NCBI RefSeq assembly: GCF_006345805.1
Contig: NC_043007.1
Span: 2,294,001-2,358,000, forward strand
From: Octopus sinensis
Lineage: Eukaryota
Direction: 5' to 3'
Length of the DNA: 64,000 nt
The position numbers were made by a program, and so were the translations under genes. Below the pieces are notes generated by a model that saw only the letters and a list, made by a program, of their open reading frames with translations, ran no database searches and was not told where the DNA came from. This document shows, in pieces, positions 28,301 to 41,070 of this stretch (positions are counted from its first letter, which is position 1; the number at the start of each line of letters is the position of its first letter).

Positions 28301-29611
28301 CAAAACATATGTGTGTGTGTGTGTTTGTGTGTATGAATGTATAAGCTTAATTTTAATGAAATGTTTAGTAAGTGGACAATTCTCAACTATCCAATGAGAT
28401 CCTGCGAAATGGATTATATAATTTAGTTAAAAAGCTCAATGTTATACTCTAACACAGTTTTTCTGCTATGTGCGTTCTTAGAACAACAAAAGATAACTGT
28501 GAATCATAGTTTCATATACCAGTCTTTAGTAATATAGGAAAAAAAAAGACCCGAAAAATACAAAATTGTTATTTCAGATCTTTGTAGCGAAACGGAAACT
28601 TATTAATAAAACGTGTGAGGATTTACGTGAGTGATCCAAGGAGAGAAAAAAAAATAAAGGAAGAAAAGAGACAATAAAGGAAATAAAAAAGTCATACATG
28701 ACATTTTGTCATATAATCCTTATGCTTTGTTTTCCAAGAAAATTGTTACTGTGTTCAATTATAGCAACTCCGGTATCTATAAATTTCCTTTGAATAAGGG
28801 TATCCAGTTTATGGAATTGCATTGTGGTGGTTAAAGATGATAATTATGGTATCAAAATTGGTATTAAATGGGCTATAAAGTAAATTGGTATTAAATGGAT
28901 TGGACTGCTTAGAAAATATAAGATAAAATTGAAAGAAATATAAATATACAAGGAGAGGCTAATTTGATGGCATGTGGGGCAGCTAATGTGCTTCTTATTT
29001 CCCCTCTCGCACGAATGATTGCATGATTCAGTAATTTTCCTTTCTTATAAAATCATCCTTCTAATTATTCGTATACTAAGTTACTGTCATGCATCTTATC
29101 ACAATATTACCCGAGCGTTTTTGCTAAACTCCCATCTAAAACACTTGAATGCTTACCGATTACAAACAAAGAATGAAACTAGTGTATGTAATTAAACCTG
29201 AAGTAATTGTATTGTTTACTTCCCTCTTTTTGGTTATTAACCCCTGCCCTTTAAAGGACAGTATACATCCATTGGGAACCGTTTATTACTCTCAGGTCAA
29301 ATCATATTACAGATCCGTGCTTTTGGTGCACGACGATGCGAGTCATGTACATGCAAACATGTATCTATGTTATTAATATTTAACATCTACGACTATAAAT
29401 TCTCTGGTATTGTGTTCGTTATTTCCCTTATAATCTCTCTTATCTCTCCTTTGTCCGGTTATTATCAACTGATGTCTTTATAGTACTATTTCTTATTTTG
29501 TCATCCCCGTTCTTCATCTTCCTATCTTTCCCTCCGTATTTCTCTATACTCACTCCACTCATCGGAACTATATGGAAATAAGTGTATTTCATAGCAGTGT
29601 TAACAAAGATA

Positions 29612-29800
29612 TATGGGGAGAATTCACGAAGAAAACAAAAGACGAAGACAGGTCATGTAGAAAACAAACAGATGTATTAGTATAACGCTCGGGAATTGAA
29701 AAAGTCTTTTACGTTTCGAGCCTACGCTCTTCCACAGAAAGGAACACAGAAAGAAACAAGGAGAGAAAAAACTGTGTAGTGGCTACCGATCTATCATGGC
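29612..29800 (-). mobile_element. Short (TA)-flanked element with hammerhead-like fold (subfamily 1)
   Basis: Fold at 29706-29741 rc: CTTT CTGTGGA A GAGC gtag GCTC GAAA CG TA AAAG. Confidence 0.78.
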
Positions 29801-29817
29801 GACAATATATATATGGA

Positions 29818-29958
29818 TGGAAGCACTCCGTCGGTTACGACGATGAGGGTTCCGGTTGATCCGAATCAACGGAACAGCCTGCTCGTGAAATTAACGTGTA
29901 AGTGGATGAGCACTCCACAGAAACGTGGTGCCCTAACCACTGGGCCATTGCGCCTCCA
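29818..29958 (-). mobile_element. SINE family C with large internal deletion
   Basis: Tail TGGAAGCACTCCGTCGG joined to head CACTGGGCCATTGCGCCTCCA after ~110 bp. Confidence 0.88.
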
Positions 29959-31029
29959 CTATATATATATATACATATATGTAGTTATGTATTTATGTAT
30001 GTATGTGTGTGTGCGTGCGTGCGTGCATGCGTGCATGTGCGTTCGTGCACGTGTGTACGCGTGTGTTTAACATTAATATTCCATATTAAATAAATCTTCG
30101 ATAAGTCAGCATAGTTTTCATATTCATGCTTAAATCTATATATGTAAACACACATATTCATATATATACATATATATGTACATATGTGTATATATATCTA
30201 TATGTGTATGTATATACATATATACACACACACATATGTATATATGTATGTATCTGTATATGTATGAATGTACATATTTATGTATGTATCTATTTCGAAA
30301 TAGGATTTCTGAAGCAGCGTGTCAAACAAAGTAACGTAGGAAATGCGATTATGCTTTAGAAAGACAACTTTTACATCTAAACTGTCCTTCCGGTGCTTCC
30401 TACGAAGTCACTAAATAATGGGAGATGATAAATCGGCAACAACCATCCCCTGCGGTGCACCATCATGGCCGCTGTGAAATGACTGGAACCAATTCACAAG
30501 TAAACATATGTGAAAGATTATTTGGTCATATTTTGTTTACAGAATATTTCCATTTCCGAAATAGTTTTACCTGCGATAAATACGCTCGTATACTTTTACC
30601 ATTTGACCACCATAAAGCCCGATCTTTCTATATCCATCGTAACGAGATATTGCGCTCCTTTCTGCTCTACATATTTAGTCGGAAGAACTAAACAATCTAT
30701 AAATGAAAAGCAAACAAGTTTACTACTAAATATATATATATAAGATAACATATCTATTATACCGGACTTAATATGAAGGATATTATATTTTATTCTCAGG
30801 AAAAAGGATATCTGCATATATTCAGAGATACATATATATGTAAATAGAAGGTCTTATAGCTGTTTCCAGGATATTTATTATATTCCTTCATTGGTGACGG
30901 TGTGAGAAAATGATTAAGCAATAGTGAATTTAGATAAGATACGAAATAGAGAGTGAAGTGGAGGAATAAAGAAAAGAGGAATATCTGTATAGATATATAT
31001 ATACATGTCTAATATCTGTATATATATAT

Positions 31030-31078
<49 letters not shown>

Positions 31079-31159
31079 TAAATAATATATAAAATAAATA
31101 TATGCATATATACATACATATATGTACATATCTACATCTATATACATATATACATGCAT

Positions 31160-31495
31160 ATATGGGTACAGGACATCAAATAAACGTTGAACACAACGAG
31201 AAACGAAAACATAAAAACAAAAACATGGAAACGAACTAATTTTCAAACAACGAAAAAACAGTGTACAAGGAATATTCCCCATCTTCAGTTGTCCCTGTTT
31301 CGTCTACTCCGCGTTACGAAGGTAAGGACAAGACGCGTCTTCGTTGAAACAGACCTTCCTGCAAAGCAAATTAAATAAAATCTGGGATTTTTTGCGGAGG
31401 GGTAAAGTGGTAACAAGAACAGGACACGAAGAACAAAACAAGACAGTAAAAACAGTAAAAGACAGAACAAAGAGAATAACACAGTAAAAACAAAC
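31160..31495. repeat. Purine-rich dispersed repeat (possible PLE pLTR-derived)
   Basis: Shares ~80 bp with 2065-2148 and begins at (TA)n; the PLE link is inference only. Confidence 0.6.
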
Positions 31496-32489
31496 GATGA
31501 AGACTGTTAAGCCAAGATGATGGAAAAATTATTTTGAACGCTTAAGGAGACAGCTTATTATAAGAGAAACAGGATAAGCAGTCTGGTCTTGATGAAGATA
31601 GCAGTCGGAAATTGCTTCAGTAGGAGCACGAGGCTTTTTGCTTTTGCTGATAAATGAAATTTTATTGTTTAACCATTTTTGAAGATGCAGAGTACTGCAG
31701 ACAACATTGCATCAGTATCGAAAACTTTGCGAAAAGTGAATTTGGATACCAAATTATATCCGATTAGTATTATCTTTGCTATATATAAATGGAAAAGCTT
31801 TGAAACCATTTCTTTCGATTACTTATATCGGTGTTGGTGCTACAGATGACACTACGACGCTTACGCAAATTGAAGCTTGAATTTGAAACACGTGTTGTGC
31901 ATTGAGAAGTTTACAATTTTGATTGTGGATCTTCATATCGATTCCTTTTAGATGTTCAGAATATATGATTAGACGAGAGATATTGGAGATCACAGGCCTT
32001 ACTTTTATGACCAGATTTATTGCGCGAGTAGCTATTTGGATAGTTTCCTTTTAGGGATAAACCATTGGAAATATTAAAGATCTAGAAATAAATCTTAATA
32101 AATGGAAAATCTTGGAAAAGGATCGGAAGCCACGGAGAGTAATGCGTTAGTCTGGAAGATGTAACATCAAGGAAAAAGTCGTTTGATCCTCAAAATGTGA
32201 TACGGGAAATCGGAAAAGAGTATCTGGAATTAAGCTGAATAGAAATTGAAAATATATTCTGCAAGTAATTCGCAAACCATTTTTGTTCGTTTGGTAAATG
32301 AGCAAAAGCGGGTTTAGTTCGACATCCTCAGGTAGATGTTTGCTCTTCTCAGAGGCCTTTTCCCGATCTGTAGACCAAATAAGTGGAGAACGTAATAGCA
32401 GCTGTTGGAAAATTGAAGAAGCCACGGCGTTAAAGGGCTGTTTATGTGGAACGAAAGTGTATGTATGTACATATATATATATGTATATA

Positions 32490-32494
32490 AAACC

Positions 32495-32592
<98 letters not shown>

Positions 32593-32635
32593 GTCTGTCT
32601 GTCTGTCTGTCTGTATACTTGTCGATCGGTCTGTA

Positions 32636-32668
<33 letters not shown>

Positions 32669-32740
32669 TTCTCTCTTCTGTCTATTTTTGTTTCTGTCTG
32701 TTTGTCGCCTCTCTCTCTTTCTGTCTCTCTCCCTCCCTCC

Positions 32741-32831
<91 letters not shown>

Positions 32832-32935
32832 CACGTACATTCATTTGTACACACACACACACACGCGCGCACACACACACAGACACAGACACACACACAC
32901 ACACACCACACACACAAACACACACACACACACAA
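32490..32935. repeat. Compound microsatellite (TCTA)n-(TCTG)n-(TC)n-(TA)n-(CA)n
   Basis: Directly visible. Confidence 0.98.
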
Positions 32936-33168
32936 AACTACGAAGTAAATTCCAGAAGCTTTGCTACTTTTTCAGCTCTCCTTCAAACAACAAAGCTCTC
33001 CTTCAAAGTAGAATCCTGTGACTTCAGTGCAAAATTGTGGCGCTTGAGTATCTTCGAGAAGGAACCACGGTGGGCCTCCAATGTTTCCAGGATTCTTGTC
33101 ACAGGCTCTTTCGTTTTCTTCTTCAACTTGGAGAACAACCAAAAGTAACAGGGTGCAAGATCTAGACC

Positions 33169-33201
<33 letters not shown>

Positions 33202-33261
33202 AGATAAAGAGAGAGAGAGATAGTGAGAAGGCTATATATATATATATATATATATACATAA

Positions 33262-33400
33262 AGTTAATCCAAACAAGAAAACACAAAAAAACACAACAAC
33301 GCGAGGACGTGGAACAAATATAGTATTATTGGACGCTCAGGAAAGAAGGGAAGACAGAGGAAAAAAAATCGCCAACGGTACACACGAGGTCGAGGTATAT
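33262..33400 (-). mobile_element. Short (TA)n-flanked element, subfamily 2, hammerhead segment deleted
   Basis: rc aligns with 41838-41890 and 41957-42050 but lacks the segment between. Confidence 0.85.
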
Positions 33401-34269
33401 ATATATACTTAGATACATGCACACAATACATAGATTTAATCTTCAACATTGTCCTTGTTTCAGACATGAAACTACGGCCATGCTGGGACACCACTTTGCA
33501 GATTTTAATCTGATAATCCAACCCGAATACTTATTTTCTAAGGCTTAGTATTTATTTTGTTGTCACCTCTGGATATCTTCTGGAGGGGAAACGCAAATAT
33601 TTGCACGCATTCGTATATTACGGTATTTTTGATTTTCTTGTATTGAATAATCTAGACAATCTCTCCGACATAACATGTTTTAAAGCTAAAACAAGCAAGT
33701 ATACTATGAAATTATGCTGTTTTAGTCTGAAACTGTTCATTAAACATGCACAAATGTTAAAAAAATTGAAATTCCGTAACGAAAATTACTTAATGTAATT
33801 TTAGTAAAATATGGAATTTTTAATAATTTTATGTATATTTATAAATATAATTCCATAATTCTTGATGTATTTCGCAGAATTTGATTAAAAGTGTTCTAGC
33901 AAGCAGTATGGAAGATTAAAAAATTAAAGAGAAAGGGAGAAATTTTCTGGAAGTAATAATTAAAATTCTGTATTAGTTACATTTATTTAAATAATCATCT
34001 TATTAGCATTAACGGAATTGAACAGAACAAGATTTTAAAGATTTTAAAGGAATTCTTTTTAAGAAATGGAATTGCTCTGTTAAAAAGATTTTCAAATGAG
34101 ATAAAAACAACATATACACATATTGATAATCAAAGAATTTATTTAGAAAAGAAAAAAAGAAGAATTCGGTAAAACAATTTGGGAAATAAATTTAATCTCA
34201 CCAGAATTAAGCGCCTTAGTGGTATTTACGTCGTTTATGTTTCAAGTTGGAGTACATATAGAAAACGCC

Positions 34270-34281
34270 AAGAATAAAGCA

Positions 34282-34365
<84 letters not shown>

Positions 34366-34590
34366 ACACATACACATACACAACACACACACATACACAC
34401 ACACGCATGCACACGTGCGCACAGACAACCAGACAAACAGTGACACACTCCATCATAAACACAGATACACACACACAAAAACACACAAAAAAACACACAC
34501 AAACACACATGCACACGTACGCACTGACAGCCCGATAGCCAGACATACGCACACTCCATTATAAACACAGATGCACACACACACACACAC
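34270..34590. repeat. (CA)n-rich microsatellite with short internal duplication
   Basis: Directly visible; CACTCCAT(C/T)ATAAACACAGAT occurs twice. Confidence 0.93.
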
Positions 34591-35375
34591 ATATGTACGC
34601 CAAACCCTTAACCACATAGCTAATTATTATTCATATACTATCGGAGTTCTATGAAACTTTTTTCGTGGCACAATGGAAAAATAAACAAAAATTGCTTGTG
34701 CATTTTGCATAGGACTTCAAGGATTAGTGGTGAAATTCAAATAGAAAATTTTAAGACAACAAAATTAATTCAATAAAGTTTCGAGAAGAAATACATATAA
34801 AACAAAATGCCTACCGTGTTTTAGAACTCATAGTTTTCTAAAATGCTCTTGCACATTAATCTGGATTTTCAGAAGCCTTAAGATACATACCTTATCAAAT
34901 GTGCACGGTACACCGTTTGAGAATCAATTCTCTATGTTATAAAATTTAGAACTTCCATGTTAGATGCTAAGTGGTGATTGCTTATCTGCTGCTAAGCTTT
35001 CTGTGATTATTGCCGTGTATTAGTGGGTAACTGTTTGTCAATTTAATCCAATAAAAAACATATTTAGGTTTCTTACTTCGGCAGTGAAGCACTTTCAGTG
35101 TCTAAATCTTCGAATCGGTATCGTGGTACATTAACATCAAATGACTGCTGTGAGCTCGAATCCGTGGTCGGAGCACTTTTAGAATTTTTTCTTAAATTGC
35201 ATTTTTGATTGAATAAGCCGTCAGTTGAAACTCCAAGCTTCTCTAGACGGCTTACCAATTAAAATTAATTTTGCAATCAATTTGTTACGCCTGTTAGTAT
35301 TTAGTCTTCTCATTTTTACATGCCTCGTTATCGTTTTTAAATATACGTCAAAATATCTATCTATCTATCTATCTA

Positions 35376-35418
<43 letters not shown>

Positions 35419-35453
35419 ATATATATATATTATATATATATATATCTCAAATA

Positions 35454-35495
<42 letters not shown>

Positions 35496-35570
35496 CACAC
35501 ACATACACTCTCACTTCTACATATATATGTATATGCATACATTTATTTACATACACAGACATATATATGT

Positions 35571-35606
<36 letters not shown>

Positions 35607-35974
35607 CAGAGAGGCAGAAAAGGGAGAAAGGGAGAGACGATAGAAAATAGTAAGTTGTTGCATTGGCCCAGTTTCAATTCTTGATGGAAGTCGTTTAACA
35701 TCACGCGCTTCGTACATTTGGAAACAATAGGAACACGATACATATCGACCATTACTTCTAATATATGATGTTTAAAATGGGCAAAAGACCATAGATTTAG
35801 AATGAGGGGATCACTAATTATATTGATTTCTATCGACCTGTAACTAACTCTCGTAATTTTATTAACGTACCCGGAATGATGAAAGGCAAAGCTAATCTCG
35901 GCAGTGCTTGAACTCAAGACTTAGATGATCATGGCTAATATAACAAATTCAAGAGCATGTTTTATTCGACGGGT

Positions 35975-36366
35975 TACTCGTGGTATATAAGGTACGTTTA
36001 CTTCCCAACCACAAGGTTTCGGGTTCATTCCCATTGCGTGGCACCTTGGGCAAGTGTCTTCTACTATAGCTTCGGGCTGACCAAAGCCTTGTGAGTGGAT
36101 TTGATAGACGGAAACTGAAAGAAACCCGTCGTATATATGTATATGTACATATGTATGTGTGTGTGTGTGTCTGTGTTTCCCCCCACAACATCGCTAGACA
36201 ACCGATAGTGGTGTGTTTACGTCCTCGTAACTTAGCAGTTCGGCAAGAGAAATCCGATAGAATAAGTACTAGGCTTACAAAGAGTAAGTCCTGGGGTCGA
36301 TTTGCTGGATTAAAGGTGGTGCTCCGGCATGGCCACAGTCAAATGACTGAAACAAGTAAAAGAATA
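35975..36366 (+). mobile_element. SINE family A, near full length
   Basis: GGCACCTTGGGCAAGTGTCTTCTACTATAGC core and ACTGAAACAAGTAAAAGA tail. Confidence 0.92.
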
Positions 36367-36419
36367 TATCTATATGCATAAATACATACATGGATACACG
36401 CACACACACACACACACAC

Positions 36420-36450
<31 letters not shown>

Positions 36451-36859
36451 TGTATGTATGTATGTATGTATGTATGTATGTATGTATGAGACCACAACTT
36501 GTATGGCGAATCGAAGGAAATTGTACACCACAGAAGCAAATGCTTCACAGGTTTCTGTTGGCTGACTTCCCTAGTTGTTACCATTACAAAAACTTGTGAA
36601 ATTTTCATTTAACGAATATGTTGAAAGATGTACAACAAAATATTTTTGAGAAAGGTGAACGTCAATATTGAAAAATGGTGTGGTCGGAAATACAGGTGGA
36701 TGCTATTATTTTAAGTTGCATTAGGGTATTTATTAAGAAATGGAATTATTGATCTGAGAATATATGTTATAAAATGAGCCAAAATCTTGGCTGGCAACTA
36801 TTGCTCATGATATAATATCGATATTATAGATGATGAAAAGAATTAATAGAACAACCTTG

Positions 36860-37060
36860 ACATGAATCGATGGCTTTAAATATTTAGGAACCATTATTAC
36901 ATCAAAACGGGAAATATATCGAGGAAATTAAGTTAAAGTTTGGATAAGCCAAAGATGCTTTTGGAAAGATCAAACTTATATAGTCAAATAAACGGCTGTC
37001 GATAAGAATGAGGAATCAGTACATGCGGTTGTGTGACCTGGAACATCAACAAACAAGTGC
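36860..37060 (+). pseudogene. RTE-like LINE reverse transcriptase C-terminal fragment
   Basis: IDGFKYLGTIITS / NGKYIEEIKLKFG*AKDAFGKI...NKRLSIRMR resembles the FxYLGSxIT...EIxxRI...A..AF motif. Confidence 0.7.
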
Positions 37061-37196
37061 AAAAGCTTATCAATGCTGCATTGTTTGGGTCACACTGTAC
37101 TGTCAGTTTGGATATTTAAGCTTTGGATCAAGTTAAGGCGGAGTCTAGTTTGTGTTTCAAGAGTTGGTGGAATAAATGTCAGTAATACAATGACAG

Positions 37197-37505
37197 TGGA
37201 GGCGCAATGGCCCAGTGGTTAAGGCAGCAGACTCGCGGTCGGAGGATCGCGGTTTCGATTCCCAGACCAGGCGCTGTGTGTCTTTATTGAGCGAAAACAT
37301 CTAAAAGCTCCACTAGGCTCCAGTAGGGGGTGGGGGGGGGCGACACCTGTTGTACTCTTTCGCCACAACTTTCTCTCACTCACACTTTCGGTTTCTTGAG
37401 TAACGCTGTGATGGACTGGCGTCCCGTCCAGCTGGGGGGAACACATGCGCCACAGAAACCGAGAAACTGGGCCCATGAGCCTGGCTAGGCTTGAAAAGGG
37501 CGACG
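37197..37505 (+). mobile_element. SINE family C', full length, with 13 bp TSD
   Basis: TAATACAATGACA at 37183-37195 and 37507-37519; GATGGACTGGCGTCCCGTCCAG resembles the V-domain-type SINE core (from memory). Confidence 0.93.
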
Positions 37506-37964
37506 TTAATACAATGACACATTTTTAATTACTTTCCTATCGCGAGAGGTTACCTGTCGTTAATCACACCCTAGAATGCAGGTCTAAGTATACAAAAAGA
37601 AAAAAAAGAAAAACAGGAAAAAAAAAGAGAAGAGAAGGAAAAGAATCGTGTTGGTCATAGCTGGAAAGCATATAATCAAAACAACTTTAGAACCAATAAG
37701 AAATTGATATTTGTGGTTCGGGCGGACGGGAGGTGAACGGAGGTTTTTAAAACTAGAGCGTTATATAGGACCAACAAACTAAATTGCTATCTTAAAATCC
37801 TTACTGTTTTCATTGGTTCATACATGAGATGAAATAGACAAAAACAGTTTCAATTCCTGTAGAAAAGTATAAAACATATAAATCATGGGTTTATTGTAAT
37901 TGACGTTGATGCTTTGCAACGAAGCAAACTTGATCAAAAACTGTGGTCTTCTGTGATCTTTCTT

Positions 37965-38413
37965 GTTTCTTTACTACCCACAAGGGGCTAAACACAGAGG
38001 GGACAAACAAGGACAGACAAAGGGATAAAGTCGATTACATCGACCGCAGTGAGTAACTGGTACTTAATTTATCGACCCCGAAAGGATTAAAGGCAAAGTC
38101 GACCTCGGCGGAATTTGAACTCAGAACGTAAAGACAGAGGAAATACCGCTAAGCATTTCGCCCGGCATGCTAACGTTTCTTATTTTTTTTATTGCCCACA
38201 AGGGGCTAAACATAGAGGGGAAAAACAAGGATAAACAAAGGGATTAAGTCGAGTACATCGACCCCAGTGAGTAACTGGTACTTAATTTATCGACCCCGAA
38301 AGGATGAAAGGCAAAGTCGACCTCGGCGGAATTTGAACTCAGAACGTAACGGCAGACGAAATACCGCTAAGCATTTCGCCCGGCGTGCTAACGCTTCTGC
38401 CAACTCGCCACCT
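37965..38413 (-). mobile_element. Head-to-tail dimer of family B SINEs
   Basis: Two highly similar units; junction GCTAACGTTTCT|TATTTTTTTTATTGCCCACAAGG at ~38180. Confidence 0.93.
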
Positions 38414-39089
38414 TCGAGTAGTTTCTATGTGGATCTAAGACTACAGCATCTCATATGTACTTGAATGTACTTTACTTCAAAGCGTTCCATTGTTGTTTTT
38501 TATTATTATCATTATTATTGTTGTTGTTGTTGCTTAGTCCCAGTTTAGCTCTAATCAAATAATCCTATGATTAAAAGAAATTATTACCGTAAATAAGCTC
38601 CATGAGAAAATAATCTTTGTCAGAAAATAAATCTGAAAAGTAAGGCTGCTGTTAATGATAAGAAAGATCCGATTGATTAAACTATATTGCATTGGTATAA
38701 TAATTAGGAGAGCCAGAACATCGCCGGGGCATTCCCGATATATATTTATGAATATAAACAGAAAGAAAGGAAGCTTGTGTATTCTTCCATTCGTGTTAAT
38801 CTTCTAATAAGTGAGAAACCGTTAATTAAATCCAACGATCAAAGCGAAATCTACCGTTATTGGCAATAACTAATGAACATGGCCTAATACACAGCATTTA
38901 AAATGCAATAGGTATTGTCTGAGCTTTATTTTATTTGGTATCTCAGGATTTTACTAATAATTATTTTACCGACCACTGGAAGAGAATCCGAGTTGTGCAT
39001 AATCTTGCTCTCATATATGGAGTGATAACGTTCCTGGACTTTCAAACATTGTAGACTAGATATTGGTATAAAGTTCTGACAATATGTGG

Positions 39090-39242
39090 TTAGAATTCTG
39101 AGTTCAAATTCTGCTGAGGTCAGCTTTGGCTTCCATCATTTCGGAGTCAATAAAATAAATACCAATTGAGCACTGGGGTCGATTTAGGCGACTTAAACAC
39201 TTTCCCGAATTTGCTGGCCTTCAGCCAAGATTTGAAACCAAT
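39090..39242 (+). mobile_element. SINE family B short-tail variant, diverged
   Basis: CTGAGTTCAAATTC...GAGCACTGGGGTCGAT...TTTGAAACCAA as at 904-1122. Confidence 0.8.
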
Positions 39243-40885
39243 ATGTATTTTAGAATGGTTTAGAATATTTGCGAGTAATTATGAAATTATTCCAGGACAC
39301 TCTCTAGCTTCGGTGTCTCCTCTCTTTGTCGGTTCTACTTATACTACAAGGACTTCTGCTTTTCGAAGTTGGATAGTCTCATGCCACATCCATTCATGTA
39401 ATCTGTTGTGTCGACGACCCCAGACGATGAAGTAGGCTAGCCCAATACGTAGATATAAAGGGAGAAGTCTAGACGTCGAGGAGTTGAGTAGAGGTCATCC
39501 GATCGTGCGATATAACACAATCCCATCGCATCCCTCTTATTCCCCTTGCTGTGCCTAACCCCAAATAATATGTATGCTTAGTTCTTCCTTTCACAAATAT
39601 CGGTTTTCTGGATTTCCTTCCATGCTCATGTCTTTTCCGAAGGTGCTGATTTACAAAAGAGGAATGTTAATAGCACAGTCTCAAGGGACTTGCAGAGCCT
39701 GCAAGCATCTTCAGCACTGCTTCATTCTCTGGAAATCCAAGAAGTTAAGAAATGTGAAAGAAACTGCTGGAAGCCAGTCATCGTTCTACATGTGAGACGT
39801 AGTGTCATTCAGGCTCAGTAGTAAAATCGAAGAAAGCGCATTTCAATTACGAAATGGTAGGGAATTTATAGCTTCAATCTGATCCCTTCTCCAGAACTTA
39901 TTTATTGCAGGTTGCGTTAAATAATGTCAGAGTTAAGCGAATATAATCCAAACATCAGTAACTGAATTCAATTTATGGGTCATTAAGTCTATAGTCGAGT
40001 TGCCCAGCTGCAGCTCTCACGCTTCTAAAAGCATAATCTACTGATATATTCTCTGCGAATGCCTTGGGGAAGATAATTCGATTGGAAATAAGAGCTGCCA
40101 AATACGACAACCCAACAATTGTCTTGTATAAAACGGCACTCGATGCGGTAAACCGTTATTCAAGCATTGAAAGAACTGCTAACTTGTATTTACCAATGTA
40201 GAGGTTCACAAATACTGTCACTTTCTAAAACATTATCATGTGACTATTGTTCGTGTGTTATACATTATTCAGATAACGTTTGACAGGTTGTCAAATTGCT
40301 CAGTGCCGTATCTTTACGACCGGTTTTATAAATAATTCAATCCGTACACGTTCTAATTATCAATAGCTACTGCACTTCGTTTCGGAAGAGAAACACCTGC
40401 TTACGACACGGATTCCTAAACAATATGTGTTCTGCATAGAAAATCATTTCGTTGCAAGGTTTTTATAAATACCTTTTGTTCATTTTCGTTATCCTAGTAT
40501 TTTTTTTTGCTTGCTTTTATGTTTATTAAATATTGTGTAATTCGTTGATACTTTTGTCACATTTCCTTTTGCGTCAGGTGAATATATTTATTTGTCTATT
40601 TAATGTTGGACATGCAAGTCAACAGTATGGCTGCTTTTTGAACTTTAGAACTTTCAGTGATTTGCTACGTTCGGATTCAATCGCTCTTTGGTTCCTTCCC
40701 TATTTGTATCACATGAATTTAACATCATATCATAAGACTGCGTTGTCCACAATGTGTCTATTGGTTTAGGTTAAATCATCATGCTTATTTAATGTATATT
40801 GGTTAAATATGAACGCAGGTAAAGTTCTGCTATAGATATTCAATTACTGTTCAGCACAGCAAGCAAGCAAGCCATATTCAGCTCC

Positions 40886-40956
<71 letters not shown>

Positions 40957-41026
40957 ATAATAATAATTATTATTATTATTATTATTATTTGAGGGAATAT
41001 TATAAAAGTGGCTTTTTCTAATTTTC

Positions 41027-41064
<38 letters not shown>

Positions 41065-41070
<6 letters not shown>

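Noticed and set aside
27860-31330. CTGATGA (27872-78, -) and CTGAAGA (31292-98, -) as hammerhead cores
   Set aside because: No stem II followed by GAAA downstream; the nearby GAAA lies upstream with no workable stems I and III.
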